This document shows positions 53,573 to 64,000 of a DNA stretch of 64,000 nucleotides, piece by piece. Location of the stretch: the NCBI GenBank assembly GCA_043228905.1, contig JBHGNT010000121.1:1-64000 (forward strand), read 5' to 3'. The translations under genes were made by a program, and so were the position numbers. Each line of letters starts with the position of its first letter. Positions within the stretch are counted from its first letter, which is position 1. The notes under the pieces are model-generated. The model had not been told where the DNA came from. It searched no databases and saw nothing but the letters and a program-made list of their open reading frames with translations. The stretch is from Azolla caroliniana (taxonomy: Eukaryota; Plantae; Polypodiophyta).

Positions 53573-55086
53573 GTCTTCAATGAAGACTCAATTCTCTCTG
53601 AATGAAACCAACTGAAAAAGGTCGGCAAAAAGGTCTCCGTCGACATTGACAGAGATGTCGTAGAAGGACCGACCCACCGGGCTGAATAAGAATGAGGTCC
53701 ACTAGTCGAAATTGTTTCGATTAGAAGATTGACAAGAATTGAAAAGGACAAAGTTGAATTGACCAACTTGCCAAAATAGGCTAAGGTACCGAAAGACTGA
53801 ACGAACTGAGCAAGGCACCAACCCCTCAGTCAATCGATTTCGAAGACGGGGATGAAATCCTATTTAAGGGGCAAGTCATCCAAAATGACTCCTGAAGATG
53901 GTTCAAGAAATACCAATCAACCGACAGAGATGATAGAAGAATCCGAGCCAAACCACTCGGCACCTAGGAGATCCAGACGAGTCCAAAGGCTGACAAAGTT
54001 TTATCAACCGGGCATCGACTACGTTAACTACACGGATGCAGGTGTACCCAACTCCTATGAGGATGTTGTGGTTGCACCGGATGTCAAGACATGGCTACAA
54101 GACATGAGATCCGAGATGGACTCGATCAAGGAAAATAAGACATGGGAGTTGGTCAAATTACCAGCCGGGAAGGAAGCCGTTACTATGAAAATGGGTCTAC
54201 TGATATAGGTATGTATCCGGTTCGGAATGACCCAAATATAAAGTTCGGCTCGTTGCCAAAGGTTTCAAACAGGAACATGGGGTCGACTATGATGAAATCT
54301 TTTCACTTGTAGTCAAGATGACTACCCTTCAACTCCTACTCGAGTTGTGGCAACAAAAGACCTACACCTCAAGCAACTAAACGTAAAGACGACATTCCTA
54401 CATGGAGACTTGGAAGAAGACATCTATTTGTCTCAACCCGCAGGTTTCATGACGACGGGGGATGAAGGTCACCTCGTATGCCGACTAAAGAAAAGCCTTT
54501 ATGGCTTAAAACAAGCGATGCATGAGGATGTGGTACCAGAAGTTCGACTCCTACGTTAGGCAGTTTGGTTACAGTTGGTCCGACTCCGACCCGTGTATGT
54601 ATATTCAGAAATTGGGCGATGAGTCCTGGATATACCTGATCCTATATGTCGACGACATGCTCATTGCCGGAAGCAAATCAAGAAGAGATAGGAGAACTAA
54701 AGTGGAGCCTTCATGACAAGTTTGTGATGAAGGAACTCAGACAAGCCCGACGCATACTGGGCATGAGGATAGAGCGAAGTCGGACAGCAAAGACCCTCCT
54801 CCGGCTCTCTCAGTCCGACTACATCCAAAAGGTACTAAGGTGCTTCAATATGGAGAATGCGAAGCCAGCACCAAAACCGCTCCTGACATCGCACTGAATA
54901 TCGGACATAAACTCTCCATCCACAAAAGATGAGAGAAAGCTCATGAGTAGAATACCCTATGCATCAGCCGCAGGAACTATCATGTACACAATGGTGGTGA
55001 CCCGGCCCGACCTTACATATGTCATAGTGATCATCAATTGCTACATGTCAAAACTTGGACGAAAGCACAAGGAGGTTGTAAAGAAC

Positions 55087-55379
55087 TGTTGATAATCACA
55101 CTCAACTTCTCGTGAGTGGGAACACACTCTAGGATACTCAAGTGTGTGAACACCCCACCTCCTTGTATAGTAACTAGTGTGTCATAGAAGTTAATGTCCT
55201 ATGACACATATTCTTTAAGTAGTTAAGATACGACCTCTTTCCCAAGAGGCGGTACTCTAGTGAGAGAACTTAGAGAGAAGGTGACTACATGAGCACCCTC
55301 TCTCTCTCTCTCTCTTTGTAACGTTGTTGGTCATTCTTGCTTTTTGTGTAATACAATTTTCTAATTCTCTGTAATCGTG

Positions 55380-55421
<42 letters not shown>

Positions 55422-58400
55422 ACAGACACACACACACAATTCTTCCGTTGCACAGAATCCATTCGATTCTTTACATGGTATTAGAGCATGGTTGCTTGAT
55501 TGAAGCTCATCGCCTCTGCGCGTTCAGCAAGAACCGACTGATCGTTGTAGCAACAATCTACACAATTCGCATCAAGAAGAAGAAGAAGAAGCTCGACATG
55601 AACACACATATGGGAAGCGCTCTTCCTACCGAAAAGCTCGACAGAAACAACTTTGCATCTTGGGAGTATAAGATGCACCAATACCTTGTCGGCCAAGGCT
55701 ATTGGAGTTATGTCGAAGGGCCAAACGAAAATCAACTCAACCCAACACATGCCGACTACCCAGCTTGGGAGCAAGCGGCGAGTCATGTGTTGTAATGTCT
55801 TGCATCATGCGTCCATGATCACATGCGTCCATGATCACATGCTCGGCTACATCCGAGAGGCCAAAATGCCGGAGGTGTGGGGGAACCTCAAGAAGATTTT
55901 CGCGGCCAACACGACCGCAAGAAAGCTTCAACTCCGTCAAGAGTTGAATGGTATACAATAGAGGGACATGTCAATCGGCAACTACACTTTGAAGATCAAG
56001 GAGTTGTGTGATGCCCTTGGGTCGATCAATGTTAGCATTGATGATGATGAAATGGTGCAGATTTGCCTCGGTTCGGTTCGGAGCCATTCGGTCAACTATG
56101 CCTTGCGAGGGAGAATCCTCCCTCCTTCGATCTCCAGTCGATGTTGCTGGTTGAGGAGAATCATGTTCGAACAAGAAGCAATGCGCAAGATGGACAAATG
56201 CTCTATTCGAACTTCGATGGAGGAAGAGGACAAGGTCAGGGAAGAAGAGGTTGATTCGGTCAAGGCCGAGACAACCAAGAGCAACCCCGAGAACATAACT
56301 TCTATTACCGACAAGTGTTGAACGTGTGAGGCGGAGCGTCCGGAAGAAGGGGGAGTGATCAAGCCGGACCCAACCGACAAAACAATCCCGCTCAATGTGG
56401 ATACTGTAGTAAATTCGGCCACTATGAGGCAGAGTGTCGGAAAAAGAAGAGTGAGTCGGCCTCCACAAACCGACGACTCACAAACTACGCCTCCAACTCC
56501 GACTACGACAATTGTGGTGGAATGTTTGTGATGAGGCACAAAGCAAACTCAATGATAGCCTCCAACCCAACCAACTCAACATACCTGGATCTACCCTATG
56601 CGGCGGAAGAGAGAAGTGTTCAAACACTTTCAAAGGTTCAAAAATGAAGTCGAAAAGGCAACCGGTCAGCATGTCAGATGCCTTCAATCGGACGGAGGCA
56701 AAGAGTACTTCTCTAACGCCTTTACAGCATACCTTCGACAAGAAGGAATTCGGTGAGAGTTTACCTGCTGACACACACCTTAGCAGAATGCAGTAGCCAA
56801 ACGCAAGAATCGGCACATACTCGGGGTGGCAAGGGCAATGATGAACGAGAAACATCTGCCAAAATCATATTGGGTTGAAGCGGCGAATACGACCCTTTAT
56901 CTTATGAATTGTTGCACAACATCAGAAGTGCACAAAGTTACCCCCTGCGAAAAGATCTATGGGAGGAAACTGGACCTATCTCATGTCAGGATATTTGGTT
57001 CAATTGCATATGTAATATTCCCAACGAGAAGCGGCAGAAGGTCAATCCCAAGTCAGAGAAATGTATACTCGTAGGGTACTCACTTGAGCAAAAAGGGTAC
57101 AAGTGCTTCAACCCTTCCACCAAGAAGGTAAGAGTGAGTAGTGATGTAGTATTCGACGAGTCAACATCTAGGTATACAGTCGAATCAACTCCATCCTCCA
57201 CAGTCGAAACTGAGTTCGACACAGATGCAGAGGAAAATGATCGATTGAGGCCCACATCAGAGGAAAGTCCAATCTCAACTAGTTTGAGTGGACCACAAGA
57301 GCCTCCAAGCGACCAAAGTATGTCGTGGCCGAGTCCGAGTCCGAAACAGGACAAAGGAAAGGCCAAAATTCATGAGTACAAAGACTTAATTGGAAATGAA
57401 TTGACTCACTTATCCGAAAGTGAGTTTGGTAGATTGGATGTGCCCATCATGAGGACACCAAGAGAACCACGTTGATCCACCCGAGAAAAGAACGTAGTCA
57501 GCCAATTCGGCTACAACGACTACATGGCATATCATTATGCATTCATGATGGTGTCGATAGTCCGAGAACCGGAAAACTATTCCGAAGCCACGACAGACCC
57601 TAGATGGGTCAAAGCGATGAATGAGGAGATGCAAGCACTCTCCAAGAACGAGACATGGGATCTCCTCCCTTCTTCACACCACTAAAAGGCAATTGGATGT
57701 CGGTGGATCTTCAAAGTGAAGCACAACGCCGACGACACTGTCAAACAGTACAAAGCCCGGCTTGTGGCGAAGGGCTACGCACAGATGCACGGTGTCAACT
57801 GCAAAGAGACCTTTGCCCTGGTGGCAAAGATGATTACAATTCGAACCATGATCGCGCTTGCAACAACAAAAGGGTGGCATCTCCACCAAATGGACGTAAA
57901 GATCGCCTTTCTACAAGGCGAGTTAGACGAAGAGTTCTACATGGTTCAACCACCCGAATTCGTGTCGACTACGCAACAATTGTCTGCTGACTCAAAAATC
58001 CTCTTTATGGCCTCAAGTAGGCACCTAAAGCTTGGCACTCGAACATAACCCAATATCTTCATCAAATCGGTTTCAACATGTCCAAGTTCGACAACTCTCT
58101 GTTCATCCGGAGCGACTCCAGAGGACAGGTATTTATTATTTATGTGGATGACTTGGTCTTAGGAGGAGAGCATTTAGCGGATATTGAGCACATCAAGAAG
58201 CTCCTCTCCAAACGATTCGAAATGACCGATATGAAGGAAGTTAGGAACTCTATTACTTTCTAGGAATAGAAGTAATTCAGATAGCATCATGCTTTCTCAA
58301 AAGCACTATATCCTCAATCTTCTTTACAAGTTTGGGATGACACAGTGTAAGCCTGTCACCACTCCTCCCGATCGAAATCTAAAGCTAGATGTTGACTCAA

Positions 58401-59635
58401 GCACTAGAGAGTGTGAGCCAACGCATTATTGTCAACTAGTTGGAAGCCTCATCTACCTCACAATTACTAGACGTGACCTGAGTTACCCGGTGGGCCTCCT
58501 TAGCTAGTTCATGCAAACTCCATGAGATATCCATCTTGACTATGCTAGGCAAGTCCTAAGGTATGTGAATGGAACCATGGAGTTCGGCATCCTTTACAAA
58601 TTGGCCACACAGATACGACTCCAAAGATATACTAATGTTGATTGGGCCGACTACAGAGCCGACCGACGATCGACATCCAATTTTTTTTTCTCTCTCGGGG
58701 GTGACGCCATAACGTGGAGTAGTAAGAAACAACCGACAATCGCACTATCGAGCACTGAAGCCGAATACAGGGGCGCGGCCTTAGCCGCATGTGAAGCCGT
58801 TTGGCTCAAGAGAATCCTAAAGGATCCGAGTGTTCCCATCAAGGATTCAATTCTCCTCTATTGTGACAACATGAGCAGTATCCACCTCGCTCAAATCCCA
58901 GTCTTCCATGCTCGGACTAAGCACATCGAAGTGCACTATCACTTCATCCGAGAGTGTGTTCTGGCCGGGGATGTCGACCTACAACATATCAACACAAACC
59001 TACAGATAACTGACATCTTCACCAAGGCCCTAGGAGTCGACAAGCTACGACAGTTCACGACGAACCTGGGTCTTTCGACCATTGACCAACCAAGCTTGAG
59101 GGGGAGTAAGGAGCAGGGGTGTATTGGGCAGGAGTGAACCGGTCATCCGAAGCCGGAGTCGACTCAAAGCCGACCTGAAGACCAGTCTGAATGAACCATC
59201 CAATGATCGGAAGTTGTGTTTGAAGGGGCATGTTGAGAATCAAACTCAACTTCTCGTGAGTGGGAACACACTCTAGGATACTCAAGTGTGTGAACACCCC
59301 ACCTCCTTGTATAGTAAGGAGTGTTTCATAGAAGTTAATGTCCTATTACACATATTCTTGAAGTAGTTAAGACACGACCTACTAGTGAGAGAACTTAGAG
59401 AGAAGGCAACTACATAAGCACTCTCTCTCTTTGTAACGTTATTGGTCATTCTTGCTTTTTGTGTAATACAATTTTCTGATTCTCTGTAATCGTGAGATCT
59501 CTCTCTCTTTGTAACGTTGTTGGTCATTCTTGATATCTATGTAATACAGTTTTCTGGTTCTCTGTAATTGTGAGCTCTCTCTCTACACACACACACACAA
59601 TTCTTCCATTACATAGAATCCATCCGATTCTCCAC
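55087..59635 (+). mobile_element. Degenerate, internally deleted copia (copia-7), related to copia-1 and copia-3
   Basis: LTRs 55087-55475 and 59231-~59635; PBS TGGTATTAGAGC at 55476. Gag LPTEKLDRNNFASW. Protease and integrase N-terminus are deleted near 56575, with RT/RNase H remnants downstream. The 3' LTR has an internal ~78-bp duplication. No intact TSD. Confidence 0.88.
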
Positions 59636-60346
59636 TTCAAGAGATTTGAACACCCTATGTACTCTCTATTGTTCGACTTTCAACGGCAACATGCACCTGA
59701 GCGGAATCGGTGCACCGGAGCGTAGGAACCGTCCACAAGCGGAATTGGTGCACCGGAGCGTAGGAACCGGCTCTTCATGCACGTACGGCTTATGTTGTAC
59801 ATAGAAGATCCTAGGTAGGTAGATTCGGTAGGTAGGAAGTTAATGGGAAACGGCTCCTTCCTTGCCTATAAAAGGAGGGAGACGAGGAAGGGGGAACGGA
59901 TCGCGGAATCAGAGAGGACGAAGTGCTGTCGGGTTGTCGGTCGAAGGCTTCTCTCTTTTCAATACTCCGTAGCTTCTTTCTGTGCAGGATTTCAGGAGGC
60001 TCGCGCTGCTCTGAGGAATGCCCGAGTGCTTCCGGCAGCACCTCCAACCTACTTCTTTCCTTTTGAGCGTTTACGAACAGGCATCGGCATCTGTTCGCCG
60101 GCCTGTTTGGTTGTAACTGACTTCGTGCTTCTTGTTGTTTGTCTCTGTTAATATATACATACATACTTTTGTGCCTCTCTGTGTTGGTTTCCTCGCTCGC
60201 GTCTTCGTGTCGAAGGGCCGTGTCCTTGTGGATCTACGCTCGCACGTAGTGGGTCCCTTCCCTTCTCCTTTCTCTCTTGCTCTTCGGTACAAGACCCCCG
60301 AGGTCCCGCCTCATTCCACGCATCCGCGAGGAATACCTCGACATCT

Positions 60347-60364
60347 TGGTGAACCCGACGTGAA
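60347..60364 (+). promoter_or_regulatory. Primer-binding site complementary to tRNA-Trp
   Basis: TGGTGAACCCGACGTGAA, 3 nt after the LTR CA end, is the reverse complement of the plant cytosolic tRNA-Trp 3' end as recalled (...TTCACGTCGGGTTCACCA). Confidence 0.8.
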
Positions 60365-62503
60365 AGAGGCGGCAGAAGAGCAGAAGATGAAGGGGTCGGA
60401 TCTTGCGGAGGCCATGGCTTCGGCCATGGATCGGATATTGAGCGCGCGCGAGGGCACCGGCGCCCTCGACAGAGCCATTGAGGTGGTCGTCGGTACGATC
60501 GGCCGATTCAGCGGAAAGGATGCTACGAAGTATTTGGCGTCCTACGGGGCAGAAATGTTGATGCGGGACATTCCGGAAGAGAGGCGTCTTGCCGGGTTCC
60601 CTCGAGTGGCGATGCCGAGCATCCATGCGGAGGTGCTCGAGGTACGGGCAGAGAGCTGTACCTGGGAGGAATTCGAAGGCCGACTCCTAGAAAAATACGG
60701 GCTGGACGACGCGCTCCGGCTTTCGAAACGGGACTTCATGGAATGGGTGGAGTCCCCCGGCAAGGGAAGAAACGTGTCGGCACTCCTCCGGGAGTTTGAG
60801 GAACGCTTTGCGCGCCTTTCGGCGCTTGACCGAACCGTTTTGGATACGAGCCGGGTCCTACTGTTCGTCAAGTTGGTGGACGAGCGGGATCGGGATCAAG
60901 TCGGCTCCTTGCTAGAAACCGAAGACGGGCTGACGACCGACTGGGCTGCGGTTAAGAGAGTCTGTGGCCGTTTCGACAAACGGCGAGAATGGGCTGACAA
61001 CGGGGCGACCGAAGCGGGCTCTGTCACAGCAAGGAGGCTTGAACCGACACCACAAGGGCGAAGGGCAGAGACCCGGGAGTGGCTCGAAACCGGTTCGGCT
61101 TCGACCAGCATGGTCAATGACTCGTCCGGAGGAGCAGTGCTGGAGGAGTTGACGCGGGCGATAAAGGATCTCTAGATCGCCCAGACTCGAAGGGAAGGCG
61201 GCGAACCGGCTCATGACCGACGACCGGCAGTAGGGAACAGGTGCATGTGGTGCGACGAGGTCGGCCACATTCGGAAGGACTGCGGCGATTTCGCAGAGGC
61301 GTTGAGGAACCGGGTGGTGTACCTGTGGGAAGGCCGGGTGCATGCCGGCGATACCAGAAGGGCCCTAAACCGAAACGACGGGCGAGGAGGTATGAAGAGA
61401 CTGATGGAAGAGGTAGTGGCCCGACACGTGGAGGCCATCCACTACTCGGCGTCGGCCGGTATTCGGGTCGGGGACAGCGAGGCCCGAAAGGAGAGCAAAG
61501 ACGGATTCTGATCGGCAATGCTGGAAGGCCTCGCCGGCGCACGACTGAGGGAAGATGAAGCGGACCGCGCTGAGAGACGGGTCTGGGAAATAACCGGGTG
61601 GAGCGACCTGGTCGAGGAGAAGACGGGCTTCGTAGAAGCCGCCTGCCAGAACTACGAGGCTCTGGTGGAAGACAAACGAGTGGGGAAAGCCGGAGCGGCC
61701 GGGCCCTCACAACGATACGAGACCCGATTCGGGCAACGACGGAACGATGTCGGTGGGTCCAGCGCGCAAGATAACCCCAGGAAGGGCGGATACCGACTGG
61801 GGACGGAAATAGAAAAGACCACGAACCTACGAAAGGTCCTAGAAGAGCGGATCCTCGACAGCAAAGTGGAGCTGTCATTGCGGGAGGTGCTAGGGATTGC
61901 TAAGAAGGAGTTCCACGACTCCATTGTGGACTTGGTGAAGCGGAAGAGGCTGTCGACGGAGACAGAACCGGAGAGACCGGTGGAGGTGCGGGTGACGCAC
62001 ATCGACGACTTGGCGCTGGAAGATGAGTGGGCGGAGAGCCACTATTCGAGGCCACACTGGGCCCGAGCGACCACGGAGACCCCGGTAAAGATCGGAGATG
62101 TTCAGGAACCGGTGGTGGCACTGGTGGACCACGGTTCGGAAATAAACCTGATGTCCATGGACTTCTATAAGAAGGGAAAGTGGCCGATCAACACCAAGCA
62201 CGGGTGGAAGATACGGGCGGCGACGCGCGCCATCGAGGAACTGCATGGGGCCTGCCCGAACGTGCGAGACAAGATCGACGACGTCGAGATTGACCAGCAC
62301 TTCTTCGTACAGGAGACGTCCTCGCACCCGATCATATTAGGGGAGCCATACATCACGGCGGCGTGGATGGAGACCAAGGTGCTGGACAACGGTTCGGCCT
62401 ACGCGAGGGTCAAAAGCCAGGACGGGCTCCATTCGGTCCAATTTCTGATGGTGCGACCGAACCACGAGCGAAACCGCGAATCCCTCGGTGGCGAGAACCG
62501 GGA

Positions 62504-62556
62504 GGATTTTTAGAGAGGGCTGCCAAGGCGTGGGGCCGAGACAGTCCGGACACTCG
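62504..62556 (+). promoter_or_regulatory. Putative -1 ribosomal frameshift site
   Basis: G GAT TTT directly precedes the gag-pro TAG (62511), the RT ORF is in the -1 frame, and a downstream stem GGGCTG...CAGTCC is possible. Confidence 0.65.
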
Positions 62557-64000
62557 GGAAAGACCCCACAGCTGTACGATAGGTAAAATTTTTTGCTTCT
62601 CCAACAACGGAGGGTGTATGACAGTCGGCATCGTTGGCCAAGAAAAGGCAAGGGCGGAAGTGCGACTTCGAGCGTGCAGAGTTCTTGGCCCGGACGAGGA
62701 AATCAGCGGAGCCGTGGAGGTGGTCTCCTTCGACGACACCTTGGGAATGCTGAGGAAGGTAGCCGGAGAAGACCTTAACGAAGACCGGACGATACCGGTA
62801 TGTTCCGAAGAGATGTACGAAGTCATCGCGAACTTCAGTCAGGGGCTGGGGTCGGATCGGACGGCCCGAGTTAGCACGAAGTACAAGACTATGGACCGGA
62901 AGGTAAGGCCAGTTGTGGCACCCTTACCGGAGGGCAGCGAATCCCGAATCAGAGGGGTTGCGTCGGACCCCAGTTTACGAGATCCGGTCTGCATAGGACA
63001 CACCTTCACTGACGGGATGCTCCGGGAGCTCAAAATCGGTGGGGGCGGGTTCCTACTGCCGGCGGAAGAAGACCGGTTTCGGAAAATGCTCGGAAGGCAC
63101 GGGAAAGCCTTCGCATTCTCACCGGGAGAGATCGGGTGCGTAGACCCGACAATCGTGGAGCCGATGGTGATATTCATGGTACCGCATGTGCCGTGGAATC
63201 TCAAGCCGATTCCAGTACCGAGAGCTCACATCCCGAAGTTGATGGAGCTATTGAGGCAGAAAGTCGATATGGGCATTCTCGAACCGTCAAGTGCCCCATA
63301 CTCGAACCGATGGTTTACCGTACTAAAGAAAAACGGAACATTGCGCTTCATTCAAGAACTGCAGCCGGTCAACAGAGTGACCATTCGGAACGCAGAAATC
63401 GGACCGACCATAGACGAGTTCGCGGAGGCCTTCGCCGGAAGGTCGATTTATTCGGTCGGTGATCTGTACTCGGGGTACGACCAGTTCCAGCTAGCCGTGG
63501 AGAGCAGAGACATTACGACGATGCGAACTCCCCTCAGCCTAGTGCGAATGTGTACCCTGCCACAAGGAGGGACCAACTCGGTGGCCCACATGGTGAATGC
63601 AATGAACAAGGTACTGAGGGATTGCATCCCGGACATCACCATGCCATTTCTAGACGACATCCCGATAAAGGGGTGCCCGGTGGAAGAGAAGGACGAGACA
63701 CTCGGGCCGGACGGATGCCGGCGATTCGTGGCAACACACATCGACGACTGCGAGAGGGTGCTACAAAGGCTAGAGGGTGCGAGGCTCACCTTCTCCGGGG
63801 AGAAATCGGCCTTCGGGCAATAAGAAATCCTGGTGGTCGGACACCTATGTGGACCATATGGCCGGAAGCCGTCTCCGGCAAAGGTAGAAGCCATCTCCGC
63901 GATGAAGACCGACTGTAGCTCGGTTACGGAAGTTCGGAGGTTCTTGGGGGCATGCGCATTCTACCACATATGGATCCCGCATTATGCCCACGTTGCGGAA

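Larger units (their letters stand above)
46900..55086 (+). mobile_element. Old degenerate copia (copia-5), host of copia-6 and copia-7
   Basis: GAG-pre-integrase remnants duplicated at ~46984 and ~47228; integrase LWFDNGGEY, KCIFLGYG. The empty site reads DVVF|NED across copia-6. RT fragments lie at 54020-55086. Confidence 0.8.
59670..64000 (+). mobile_element. Ty3/gypsy element of fungal-like (DUF4100-type gag) lineage (gypsy-2), running off the window
   Basis: 5' LTR ~59670-60343 ending TCGACA, with a 39-bp-period tandem at 59700-59770. One gag-protease frame 60387-62513 has two internal stops (CMWCDEVGHIRKDC, ALVDHGSEINLM). RT lies in the -1 frame (YSNRWFTV, DLYSGYDQ, LPQG, FLDD). Confidence 0.92.

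Noticed and set aside
13533-63918. Numerous antisense and alternate-frame ORFs over GC-rich retroelements
   Set aside because: Expected shadows of GC-rich gag-pol coding sequence, with no independent motifs.

Overview
Land-plant nuclear DNA; the retroelement families suggest a non-seed plant such as a fern (inference). Three host genes could be reconstructed by hand: a four-exon RIN4/NOI-family gene (4602-7116, +), an eight-exon TLDc/OXR-like gene with a GC-AG intron (36461-41861, +), and an intronless glycine-rich RRM gene with a likely organellar transit peptide (44167-44694, -). Most of the rest is nested retrotransposons: at least seven Ty1/copia copies (three with both LTRs and exact 5-bp TSDs), two Ty3/gypsy elements, LINE remnants, solo LTRs and two MITE-like fold-backs. 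The most unusual observations are: (1) a ~33-nt plastid-16S-rRNA-like fragment between 20-bp direct repeats in only one LTR of a copia element; (2) a covarying stem that encloses the polypurine tract in four diverged copia elements and competes with an LTR-terminal hairpin; (3) a fungal-type gypsy with a tRNA-Trp primer site and a GGAUUUU-UAG -1 frameshift after the protease; (4) a LINE that appears to insert into (CT)n microsatellites. All family assignments come from motif recognition without database searches.
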